Source: Candidatus Sumerlaeaceae bacterium
GTDB lineage: Bacteria > Sumerlaeota > Sumerlaeia > Sumerlaeales > Sumerlaeaceae
Direction of reading: 5' to 3'
DNA length: 36,339 nt
NCBI GenBank assembly: GCA_051003195.1
Contig: JBPCLP010000051.1
Span: forward strand, 1 to 36,339
A program made the position numbers and the translations under genes. Under the pieces are notes generated by a model that had not been told where the DNA came from, searched no databases, and worked only from the letters and a program-made list of their open reading frames with translations. Positions 27,078 through 35,435 of the stretch are shown one piece after another. Position 1 is the stretch's first letter, and each line of letters starts with the position of its first letter.

Positions 27078-27575
27078 GTGTACCTGACGCTTCATAGCGA
27101 CTATGCTCTGCGCGTTCTGATCTATCTTTCTTCGCACGATGGTTCCGTGATCCGAACGAGCGACATCAGCGAAGCTTATAACATTTCGCGCAATCACCTC
27201 GTGCGAGTTGTTCAGACGCTGGCACGCAGCGGGTTCGTCAAAGTGACGGCGGGCCGAAGCGGTGGGATGCGGCTGGCGCGCCCGGCCAGCGAGATTAACC
27301 TGGGGCAGGTATTCCGCGCGACTGAACCCTGCTTCAATCTTGTCGAGTGTTTCGATATGACTACGAACACATGCCCCATCGCGCCGGTTTGCAGACTGAA
27401 GCCGATGCTGCGTGAGGCCGCGGAAGCGTTCCTGGGCGTGTTGGATAAGTACTCGCTGGGAGACGTCGCGCGCGGCGAATCTCATAGTTACCTGCAATAT
27501 TTCCTCCCAGCCAGGAGTCGAACGGAAATTACAGGCGACACGATGGCGTCGCCCCTGGACCCGAATCGAGCGTAG
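27078..27575 (+). CDS. Rrf2 family regulator, NsrR-like
   Basis: SDYALRVLIYL, ISRNHLVRVV, GRSGGMRLARP and three-Cys ECF-x6-C-x5-C (ECFDMTTNTCPIAPVC); GTG 27078 after GGAGG. Confidence 0.9.
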   Translation: MYLTLHSDYALRVLIYLSSHDGSVIRTSDISEAYNISRNHLVRVVQTLARSGFVKVTAGRSGGMRLARPASEINLGQVFRATEPCFNLVECFDMTTNTCPIAPVCRLKPMLREAAEAFLGVLDKYSLGDVARGESHSYLQYFLPARSRTEITGDTMASPLDPNRA

Positions 27576-27642
27576 TTCGCAACAGTGAGGCACACGGGTT
27601 GCTCAATAGCATGGCATTACCTCTTAACAGGAGCCCTGAGCC

Positions 27643-27918
27643 ATGCAAACAACCGATGTGGTGGAAGAACCCCTTACGTATCACCTGGATTTGAGCGAGA
27701 TTCGGCGTGAGTTGAGCATGTCGGCCAAACCGGTGCAGAATGTTGGCGATATGGAGCGGCTGGCCTCAATGGTAGGTGGCGGGGCGCTCACAGCGGTTGG
27801 TCTCAGCCGCCGCACACCACTGGGAATCGGTATTGCACTCCTGGGTGGAATGCTCATGCACCGCGGCAGCTCGGGCCGCTGCATGGTTTACGATAAGCTG
27901 GGGATTAATACCCGCTGA
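27643..27918 (+). CDS. Small membrane protein, DUF2892/YgaP-like
   Basis: NVGDMER-x2-S, two short TM segments, RGSSGRCMVYDKLGINT; AGGAG SD. Confidence 0.8.
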   Translation: MQTTDVVEEPLTYHLDLSEIRRELSMSAKPVQNVGDMERLASMVGGGALTAVGLSRRTPLGIGIALLGGMLMHRGSSGRCMVYDKLGINTR

Positions 27919-28015
27919 CGCTGGGGCGCTGGGCAGTCAGCTGACGCCCCCTTAGTTGCACGACCAGCCGCAATGCTTGACAGGGTACGCGCCGGGGCCG
28001 CTTGGTTGCCCGGAT

Positions 28016-28630
28016 ATGTTCGCTCTCCAATATATGCGCAGTGTGGGCCTGGCCGTGTTGGTGGCGTTGTCTTCGGCTATCGGACTCGCGCAGGATTCGC
28101 CATTCTGCTGTTCGGATAAGCCGCCTATCCGGCCAGTGGATAAAACGTGTCTGCCGGCAGGTCGCCCATCTGAAGTGCCGCTGTATCGTGGGGATCTCCT
28201 CGCGAAATACCAGGAAGTCGCAAACGTCGACAGTTTCCTTTCAGACGACAACTGCAGCGATACCGCGAAATTGCAGTTAAAAGATCTGCAGGCGAAAGGG
28301 GTGGTGATCGGCGCTGATGCGCTGATCCGTGTGCGGCTTTTGAGCAATCGTCTGCGGGGCTATAAGGAGAATCCCGACACACCCTTCTGGTCGGTAAAGC
28401 AGGGACTCTCCAACGACTACTTTTACCGGGCCACGGCCATTAAGTACCTCGAGCAACCGCAGGGAGAGCCGCAGGCGCTGGCAGTGCGCGTCCTAACCGA
28501 ACCGTTGCCTGCGAAGCCGAAAGACGGGGCCGACCCGTTCTCAACAAATAAACTATTCCGGAAAAAGTCCCGTGAACCTCGCGATGCGACGGTTCCCGAA
28601 GTGATTTCCACCACCCCCAGGAGTTATTGA
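28016..28630 (+). CDS. Exported hypothetical protein with possible YbjQ-like domain
   Basis: Signal peptide; LKDLQAKGVVIGADALIRV resembles the YbjQ-like GADA motif; stop overlaps the next start. Start 28016 or 28034. Confidence 0.7.
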   Translation: MFALQYMRSVGLAVLVALSSAIGLAQDSPFCCSDKPPIRPVDKTCLPAGRPSEVPLYRGDLLAKYQEVANVDSFLSDDNCSDTAKLQLKDLQAKGVVIGADALIRVRLLSNRLRGYKENPDTPFWSVKQGLSNDYFYRATAIKYLEQPQGEPQALAVRVLTEPLPAKPKDGADPFSTNKLFRKKSREPRDATVPEVISTTPRSY

Positions 28631-29694
28631 TGAGTTTTCAACGGCGTAAAATTGCGATCCTCGCGGAGGGGAAGTTCTCGGTGCTTGCCGCAAAGACAGC
28701 GGTAGGCGTCATCCGGTATTCCCCCCATGAAATCGTAGCCGTGGTCGATTCCCAGAACGCAGGCAAATCAGTGCAGGAGACTCTGGGATTCGGCGGAAAC
28801 ATTCCAGTGGTTGCGAGTGTGGCGGATGCGCTGAAGCTGCAGCCGGAGATCATGCTGATCGGCATTGCACCAACCGGTGGACGGCTTCCGGACGAATGGC
28901 GCCATTTCATCATCGAATCCATTGAAGCGCACCTCGAAGTGTGGAGCGGAATGCATGCGTTTTTAACGGAAGATGAAGAGTTCGCCGCGCTTGCGGAGCG
29001 CAAAGGCGTTCGCTTGTGGGATGTGCGACAGCCAGCAGCGGACCTGAACGTCGGCATGGGCCTGTGTTTGAAGAGTCGCGCATACGTGGTTTTGACCGTG
29101 GGCAGTGACTGCAATGTTGGGAAAATGACGACTGCGCTCGAGTTACAGAAGTTTGCGAATGCCCAGGGTTATAAGGCTGGATTCGTAGCAACGGGACAAA
29201 CCGGCATTCTCATCGAGGGCGAAGGAACGCCGCTGGATGCGGTCCCCGGCGACTTCATGGCAGGCGAAGTCGAACGATTGGTTGTGGCACTTGACCAGGA
29301 TGGCTGTGATGTCATTTTTGTGGAGGGCCAAGGTTCGATTGTGCATCCAGGATTCGGTCCGGTGACGCTGGGGCTGATGCTGGGCGCAATGCCGGATTCG
29401 TACATCCTCTGTCACCAGCCATCGCGCAAGACGTTCCGCCCGGACTACGACATTCCCATTCCGCCGCTACACACCGTTGTGTTGCAGTACGAGCAGCTGA
29501 TGGAGTACTTCAAGGCTCCGAAGATTCAGGCGATTGCATTGAACACTTTCGATCTGTCCCCGGAACAGGCCGCGGCTGAAGCGGATGAGACGGAGCGGAT
29601 CATGGGTATGCCGACCACCGATCCTATCCGCTATGGCGTGGCCAAGCTGTGGCAGGTACTCGAGCCCCTGGTGAAACAGAAGCTCGGAAAATAG
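28630..29694 (+). CDS. DUF1611 domain protein (DgcN-like; Rossmann plus P-loop)
   Basis: AKTAVGVIRY, GIAPTGGRLP, VGSDCNVGKMTT, ATGQTGILI and VEGQGSIVHP; TGATG coupling to the upstream gene. Confidence 0.9.
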   Translation: MSFQRRKIAILAEGKFSVLAAKTAVGVIRYSPHEIVAVVDSQNAGKSVQETLGFGGNIPVVASVADALKLQPEIMLIGIAPTGGRLPDEWRHFIIESIEAHLEVWSGMHAFLTEDEEFAALAERKGVRLWDVRQPAADLNVGMGLCLKSRAYVVLTVGSDCNVGKMTTALELQKFANAQGYKAGFVATGQTGILIEGEGTPLDAVPGDFMAGEVERLVVALDQDGCDVIFVEGQGSIVHPGFGPVTLGLMLGAMPDSYILCHQPSRKTFRPDYDIPIPPLHTVVLQYEQLMEYFKAPKIQAIALNTFDLSPEQAAAEADETERIMGMPTTDPIRYGVAKLWQVLEPLVKQKLGK

Positions 29695-29704
29695 CGACCG
29701 CGCA

Positions 29705-30025
29705 TTGGAATTTGAGGACACCGAGCTGGCGCGGCTGCGCGCAATCGGAAACAGCGTAATCGCAGCGTCGAACCGGAAAACGAAATGGCAATGTACAGTT
29801 GCGGTTCGCCGTACGCCCGACGGCGCGCACGTGGTGGTTGGCTACCGGGCGGGTCTTCCGAAGCCGTCCGACCCGCTGACGTACCTTGGCGATCTGGCCG
29901 ATACGATACGCAATGAACTGCGGCTGGAGCAGAGCGCTGCCGGTAACCCAATCTACCGCACGTCGGAATCATCCTTCGATTCCGGTGCGGAGCCGCAATT
30001 CAGTTTCGAGGCTATGCCAGCCTGA
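29705..30025 (+). CDS. Hypothetical protein
   Basis: 106-aa ORF 10 nt after the DUF1611 stop on the same strand; TTG start; no family recognised. Confidence 0.5.
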   Translation: MEFEDTELARLRAIGNSVIAASNRKTKWQCTVAVRRTPDGAHVVVGYRAGLPKPSDPLTYLGDLADTIRNELRLEQSAAGNPIYRTSESSFDSGAEPQFSFEAMPA

Positions 30026-30173
30026 CGCGCTGCCAGAGTGTCGTATGGGAAATACGGTTGGAGTGATGCGGCACTCCAGCTCTTCAGATCACGCGGCTAC
30101 ATCGAACAACAATAATCGCGGTCTTCATTGATGACGCGCAGAGGCATGTGTTTCGGGTTAAAGTAATTGGCAG

Positions 30174-30494
30174 CTAGTGGATCCCGATTCCGATGCCACC
30201 GGAATCGTTGGCGATTCCAAGTCCGCGGCTGCCGACGGTTAAATTGGTTACGGGCTCATGGTTGCCGGCAGCAGGCGCCCAGTTGCCCTGAGAACCAACG
30301 GCCAGGGGAAATTCGACATATCCCGGATGATCATCACTGCCTGCAGCAAAGCCGCCATTGCCCTTCACGCCGGTGGTGCCGCTTCGGTTTATCAGCGATG
30401 CATAGTCGCCCTTGCTGACATTTCCGCTATTGCCGCACCCGCTAAGCAATATCAACATTGCAGCCGCGCTAGCGGCCATAAAAATGCGAATCAT
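30174..30494 (-). CDS. Small Gly-rich lipoprotein
   Basis: Hydrophobic signal with lipobox LLSG-C; GGAGG SD before ATG 30494. Confidence 0.72.
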   Translation of the reverse strand: MIRIFMAASAAAMLILLSGCGNSGNVSKGDYASLINRSGTTGVKGNGGFAAGSDDHPGYVEFPLAVGSQGNWAPAAGNHEPVTNLTVGSRGLGIANDSGGIGIGIH

Positions 30495-30623
30495 CCGGTT
30501 CTCCTCCACAATCCACTATCCAGGTGCGCGTCGGGTTATTTGCGACGCAAGCGGAAAAGCCGAGGGTTGTTTCCGCAAGTTCACAGTTTACAACGCGCTC
30601 TCGCCGCCCGAGCCGACGGGTGC

Positions 30624-31700
30624 ATGAAGGCGCTCGGAGCGATCACAAACGGCAAGGGCCAGGTGTTCATCGAGGACTTTGAACTCGGAAGGCCCGGGCA
30701 CGGCGAAGTGCTGGTCGCGATTCGGGCAAGCGGCGTGTGCCATACAGACTACGATTGTATGAACCAGTGGGGCCGCACCCTGGTGATGGGACACGAAGGC
30801 GCGGGCGTCGTTGAAGCGGTCGGCCCGGAAGTGAGCCATGTCGCGCCAGGTGATCACGTCCTGCTGAACTGGGCAATTCCATGCGGAGATTGTTTCCAGT
30901 GCCGCCGCGGCGCCGAGAACATCTGCGAGAATCAGCCCAGCGTTGGAGCGGGGCGGTTTCGCTGGAAGGGCCTGGAGATCAGTGCGGCGTTTAAGCTGGG
31001 GACGATGAGCACGCACACGGTTGTTCCAAAGCAGGCGTGCGTGCCGATTCCTGACGACGTGCCATTTAGTTCCGCATGTATAGCCGGGTGCGGAATTATG
31101 ACTGGATGGGGAAGTGTCAATAACGCCGCAAAGGTGCAGCGCGGCAGCAGTGTTGCGGTGCTCGGTACCGGTGGGGTCGGGCTGAGCGTGATCCAGGGAG
31201 CAGTGCACGCATGCGCGGCGAAGATTATCGCGGTCGACGTTAACCCGCAGCGGCTGGACCTCGCGAAAGAGTTTGGAGCCACGCATTTTGTAACGGCGAG
31301 ACGCGAGGATGCGGGACTGCTTCACGCTGCGGCAGAAGTGAGGGCGTTGACGAACGGGCGCGGTGCGGATTACGCATTCGAATGCACGGCCGTGCCGGAA
31401 CTTGGACCCGCGCCTTTATCTTTCGTACGCAATGGCGGCATGGCTGTGGGAGTAAGCGGCATCGAACAAAATGTCCGGTTTAACATGGAGCTTTTTGAGT
31501 GGGACAAGCTTTACATCAATCCGCTCTATGGACAATGCCGTCCGTTTGTCGATTTCCCGGTGCTGTTCACACTTTACCAGCAAAAGCGGCTGAAGTTAGA
31601 CGAGATGGTGACGCGCACGTACGCGCTGGAGGACCTTTTGGTCGCCTTTGAAGACATGCACAAGGGGATCAACGCCAAGGGCGTGCTGGTGATGGAATGA
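30624..31700 (+). CDS. Zn-dependent alcohol dehydrogenase (MDR family)
   Basis: GVCHTD, GHEGAG, structural Zn CGDCFQC-x7-C, CG-x2-TG and GTGGVG. Start set at ATG 30624; the 30258 extension overlaps the lipoprotein gene. Confidence 0.95.
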   Translation: MKALGAITNGKGQVFIEDFELGRPGHGEVLVAIRASGVCHTDYDCMNQWGRTLVMGHEGAGVVEAVGPEVSHVAPGDHVLLNWAIPCGDCFQCRRGAENICENQPSVGAGRFRWKGLEISAAFKLGTMSTHTVVPKQACVPIPDDVPFSSACIAGCGIMTGWGSVNNAAKVQRGSSVAVLGTGGVGLSVIQGAVHACAAKIIAVDVNPQRLDLAKEFGATHFVTARREDAGLLHAAAEVRALTNGRGADYAFECTAVPELGPAPLSFVRNGGMAVGVSGIEQNVRFNMELFEWDKLYINPLYGQCRPFVDFPVLFTLYQQKRLKLDEMVTRTYALEDLLVAFEDMHKGINAKGVLVME

Positions 31701-31704
31701 TCGA

Positions 31705-32514
31705 GTGATCGACTTCCGCACTGTCGAAATTTCGGATCCGGTCTACGAACGCGATGGGCTTCGGATGGTCACGGTAAAAAGTCCCGCGCTGAAGCGGCGT
31801 GCCGACATTACGCTGTATCTGCCGCCGCATTGCAAGGCGCCCGTTCCGCTTGTGATCCTGCTGCATGGTGTGTATGGAAGTCACTGGGCGTGGGCATTTT
31901 CGGGCGGAGCGCATATCACTGCGCAGCAAATGATGCAGGGCGGCGAGATCCAACCGATAGCTATTGCGATGCCATCGGATGGACTGTGGGGAGATGGCAG
32001 CGGCTACTTTCGGCACACGACGGGCGTAGACTACGAAAGCTGGATTGTGGAAGAGGTGCCCGCCGCGAGTGCGTTGGCTGCGCCCGGATTGGTCACAGCA
32101 GCCTCGCTTTTTTTGGGCGGACTTTCGATGGGGGGATACGGCGCGCTCCGTCTTGGAGCGAAATACGCCGGGCGATTTGCCGGGATATCTGCGCACTCTT
32201 CACTCACTCACCCGCAGCAGCTTCGCCGGCTGATTGAGGAAGAGATGGCGCACTTGGGCCCTCTGGATGCGCCGGAACTGGATCCGGTTTTCTGGATGCA
32301 GCAGAATCGCCATGTGCTGCCGCCGATTCGTTTCGACTGCGGAACCGCGGACGAATTGCTTGCAGAAAATCGTGCAATGCACGAGCGCCTGGTGGCGGCC
32401 GGCATAGCCCACGAATACGAGGAATTCGCCGGTGGACATGATTGGCCCTACTGGCGCGAACATCTTCGGGACACGCTGCGGTTTTGCGATAAGGTGTCGA
32501 GCAAACGCGGTTGA
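31705..32514 (+). CDS. Esterase, S-formylglutathione hydrolase/CE1-like (PF00756 type)
   Basis: ILLHG, GLSMGGYGA, FDCGTAD and GGHDWPYW; 4 nt after the ADH. Confidence 0.92.
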   Translation: MIDFRTVEISDPVYERDGLRMVTVKSPALKRRADITLYLPPHCKAPVPLVILLHGVYGSHWAWAFSGGAHITAQQMMQGGEIQPIAIAMPSDGLWGDGSGYFRHTTGVDYESWIVEEVPAASALAAPGLVTAASLFLGGLSMGGYGALRLGAKYAGRFAGISAHSSLTHPQQLRRLIEEEMAHLGPLDAPELDPVFWMQQNRHVLPPIRFDCGTADELLAENRAMHERLVAAGIAHEYEEFAGGHDWPYWREHLRDTLRFCDKVSSKRG

Positions 32515-32577
32515 ATGGCACTTGCAGCCGCGAGGTTGCGACCCTAGCTGGACAAAAACACGGATCGGGGAAACCCT

Positions 32578-34341
32578 ATGAAGACTTTACCGAGCGGCGT
32601 CACGTGGATCGTGTTCGCTCTTCTGGTTGGCACGATGCCACTGGCCGGCTGGGCCGGTCCTTATGCATATAAGAAAGAACTGCTGCCGCAGCTGGTGGCC
32701 GACATACCTCGAATCCTGAATGACCAGGAGACCTCGACCGGACGCTTTGGAAAAGGCACATGGATCGTGCAGGACCAGCATGCGATCTATCCGTTGTCAG
32801 CTGCGTGGTCCATCCAGGACGAGAAGAATCCCTATTATCATGATCCTAAAGTTCTGAACGCCATCATGGCAGGTGGCGACGCACTAATCGAGGCGCAGGA
32901 CAAGAAGGGAATGTGGACCTTTCGAAAGAAGGACAATTCCACATGGGGACAGATTTATATGCCGTGGACTTACTCGCGCTGGATCCGCGCGTATTCCATC
33001 GTGAGGGATGCGATGCCGGCGGAACGACGTGCGCGATGGGACAAAGCTTTGTTGCTGGGCTTTACCGGGATTGAACGCGAGGCAATCAACGATATCCAGA
33101 ACATCCCGGCGCACGACGCAATGGCGCTATACCTCGCCGGACAGGTTTTCGGCAGACCAGAGTGGTCGACCACCGCAACGAACTTCATGCGGAAAGTTGC
33201 CGCGGCGCAGCAGGTCGGTGGTTACTGGACAGAGAACGTGGGCCCCGTGGTCGGATACAATTTCGTGTACGTCGATGCGATTGGCACCTACTATGGGATG
33301 TCGCACGATAAGGAAGTTCTGCCCTGCCTGGAGAAGTCGTCGCAATTTCATTCAAACTTCACGTATCCTGACGGCACCGCGATTGAAACCATTGATGAAC
33401 GGCAGGTCTATCACTCGGCTGTTTCGGGTGCGGGCGTCGGGTTTTCCTTCAGCCCGATCGGCCGAGGATATATGCGTCGCCAGATTGGACTGATGAAAAA
33501 GGGGCCGGGCGTTGACACCATCGCGTCGCTTTTGCTCTATGGCGAAGAAGGTGCAGCGGTGGACCCGCCTGCACTGGGAGAGAGGCACTATGTCTCGCCG
33601 GATGGTATGTCCCTTGTGCACGGCCAGAACGGCTGGTGCGCATGCCTGAGCGCATATCATTGTCCTGTGCCGACCAGCCGATGGATCCAGGACCGGCAAA
33701 ACTTCGTCAGCCTGTTTCATCCTGCGGCGGGGCTGATTGTTGGCGGCGGCAATACAAAACTACAGCCGCTCTGGAGCACCTTTTCCGCGGGCGATGTGAA
33801 ACTGCTGTTCCACAAGCCGGGCGATGAGGAGCCGAATTTTACACCGCCGCCAGGAATTCGACACACCCCCACGAACGCGCAACTCTCGGGTTCATTGGTA
33901 GCTATGGAATTGGAATACGATGCGAACAGAGTCACGGTGCGCGTCGAGTTACCCACCACCACGACCGCGCGGCTGACCTACAGCCTTGACAGCGAGCCGA
34001 CCGGCACCGTGGAAGCGCGCGTGCCGCTGATGCCCAGCATGGCCACTGCGTGGAAGACGGCATCAGGAAAATCAGGTAGCCTGACTACCAATTCGATCAG
34101 TCTATCCTCTGAGGAAGCGGGCGGTTGGTTTGAGCACGGTAACTGGCGTGTGTCACTGCCCGCTGGGTCGCGGCTGGACTGGCCGGCGCTTCCTCATAAC
34201 CCATACAGAAAAGACGGCAGTGCAGATGCGGCCGAGGGAAGGATCGTGCTGACGCTTCCGCTCAAACTACGGGGCGACAGTCACAGCGTGGAAGTTGGTG
34301 TGAAAGCTGCGCCACGACCAAGCGCGAAGCATGGGGGGTAA
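32578..34341 (+). CDS. Secreted hypothetical protein, possible alpha/alpha-toroid (lyase/heparinase-like)
   Basis: 587-aa ORF with signal peptide, helical aromatic-rich N-half (NIPAH, GYWTENVGP) and beta-rich C-half. Fold is inferred. Confidence 0.7.
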   Translation: MKTLPSGVTWIVFALLVGTMPLAGWAGPYAYKKELLPQLVADIPRILNDQETSTGRFGKGTWIVQDQHAIYPLSAAWSIQDEKNPYYHDPKVLNAIMAGGDALIEAQDKKGMWTFRKKDNSTWGQIYMPWTYSRWIRAYSIVRDAMPAERRARWDKALLLGFTGIEREAINDIQNIPAHDAMALYLAGQVFGRPEWSTTATNFMRKVAAAQQVGGYWTENVGPVVGYNFVYVDAIGTYYGMSHDKEVLPCLEKSSQFHSNFTYPDGTAIETIDERQVYHSAVSGAGVGFSFSPIGRGYMRRQIGLMKKGPGVDTIASLLLYGEEGAAVDPPALGERHYVSPDGMSLVHGQNGWCACLSAYHCPVPTSRWIQDRQNFVSLFHPAAGLIVGGGNTKLQPLWSTFSAGDVKLLFHKPGDEEPNFTPPPGIRHTPTNAQLSGSLVAMELEYDANRVTVRVELPTTTTARLTYSLDSEPTGTVEARVPLMPSMATAWKTASGKSGSLTTNSISLSSEEAGGWFEHGNWRVSLPAGSRLDWPALPHNPYRKDGSADAAEGRIVLTLPLKLRGDSHSVEVGVKAAPRPSAKHGG

Positions 34342-34440
34342 CCCCGGGGTGAAGCTGCTTCATGCGCGCAGCAGCAGCGTTGCGCATTTTGCAACTGTCT
34401 CGAGGATGTGCGATGCCCGGGTTTGTGACGGGAGCATACC

Positions 34441-34668
34441 TTGATCCAACTGACTGGTGTCGCGCTCCTGCTGCTGGCGCTGATGGATGTCTTTTTGACG
34501 GTCCTGTACTCGCGGACAAAACCCGTAATTTTGAGCCAGCGGCTTTGCACCGTGATCTGGAAGCTTATGAAACAGATCGCCAGGTGTTTTCCCCGTAAAT
34601 ACCAGCAGCACATCCTGACTTTTGCAGGGCCGGTCATGGTGGTAGTTGTGCCCAGGAAGCACGGCTGA
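34441..34668 (+). pseudogene. Truncated N-terminal fragment of a potassium-channel-family membrane protein
   Basis: G-x2-LLLLALMDVFLTVLY-x-R...LS...W...FAGP resembles, from memory, the N-terminus of bacterial ion-channel family proteins. It breaks off inside TM2 with no pore motif. GGAG SD before TTG. Confidence 0.55.
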
Positions 34669-34745
34669 ATTAGAAGCCCCACGGGCTCGGTAATTGCTTC
34701 GCTTTGCTGCTGCTGAGGCTGTTCTTGCCTCTGATGGAGATCATA

Positions 34746-35108
34746 ATGATTCTCGTCGTCGACGATGACGTGTGCATTGCCCGGGCAATCGCGGACGTTT
34801 TGCGGCTGAACGGGTTTTCTGTCTCAACCGCTGCCTCATGCGATGAAGCGCTTTCCTGCATTGAAGAGAACCCGCCTTCGCTTGTGCTGTGCGACATAAA
34901 TATGCCGGATCACAGTGGGCTGGAATTGCTGCAGGTTCTGAAAGAAAACTCGGAGACGCAGGCAATCCCGCTGGTGTTTGTCTCTGCCATGGGACGCGCA
35001 CAGGACGTGGAAAACGGTTTGAAAGCGGGAGCGGCTGGTTACCTGGTGAAGCCGTTTGATCCCGCGAAGCTGCTGAACACGGTGCGCGAGCTGGCACTTA
35101 CCGCGTAG
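34746..35108 (+). CDS. Single-domain response regulator (CheY-like receiver)
   Basis: ILVVDDD, LCDINMP (phospho-Asp), VSA and YLVKPF; GGAG SD before ATG 34746. Confidence 0.93.
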   Translation: MILVVDDDVCIARAIADVLRLNGFSVSTAASCDEALSCIEENPPSLVLCDINMPDHSGLELLQVLKENSETQAIPLVFVSAMGRAQDVENGLKAGAAGYLVKPFDPAKLLNTVRELALTA

Positions 35109-35267
35109 TAGTCCGGGGCGCGGTTCAGGGCTTTCCTGCGGGAGCGCGCTCGAACACGTGCTAATAATTTAAGAGTCAGCGATCCAGGATTGCGCACAGC
35201 GTGGTTTGGTAAGAGCCTACAATTTTTATGGACAATTCCTTCCTCTATGGCAAATGATGTCGGTAAC

Positions 35268-35395
35268 AACATGCCTAGTCAGGTCCAAAGGATCTGAACG
35301 GGGGACCCGATCAGCAGGGGCTAATCTGGCATTCGCGCCGGAGGGACGTTCTTCTCAATCCTAGCCCGTCAGCTAACCTCGGCGGCACGGATTGC
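35268..35395 (+). ncRNA. Cyclic di-AMP riboswitch (ydaO/yuaA, RF00379)
   Basis: Conserved segments gaacgggggaccc (35296-35308), ggggctaat (35317-35325) and cccgtcagctaacctcggcggc (35365-35386), upstream of a K+ transporter, a classic target. Boundaries approximate. Confidence 0.88.
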
Positions 35396-35435
35396 GTGTG
35401 ATTTGAGGCGCGCGCATCCGAGTGAGGAGTTCGAT

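Noticed and set aside
30258..30623. 122-aa N-terminal extension of the ADH
   Set aside because: Overlaps the lipoprotein gene on the other strand; the MDR fold begins at MKALGA (30624).
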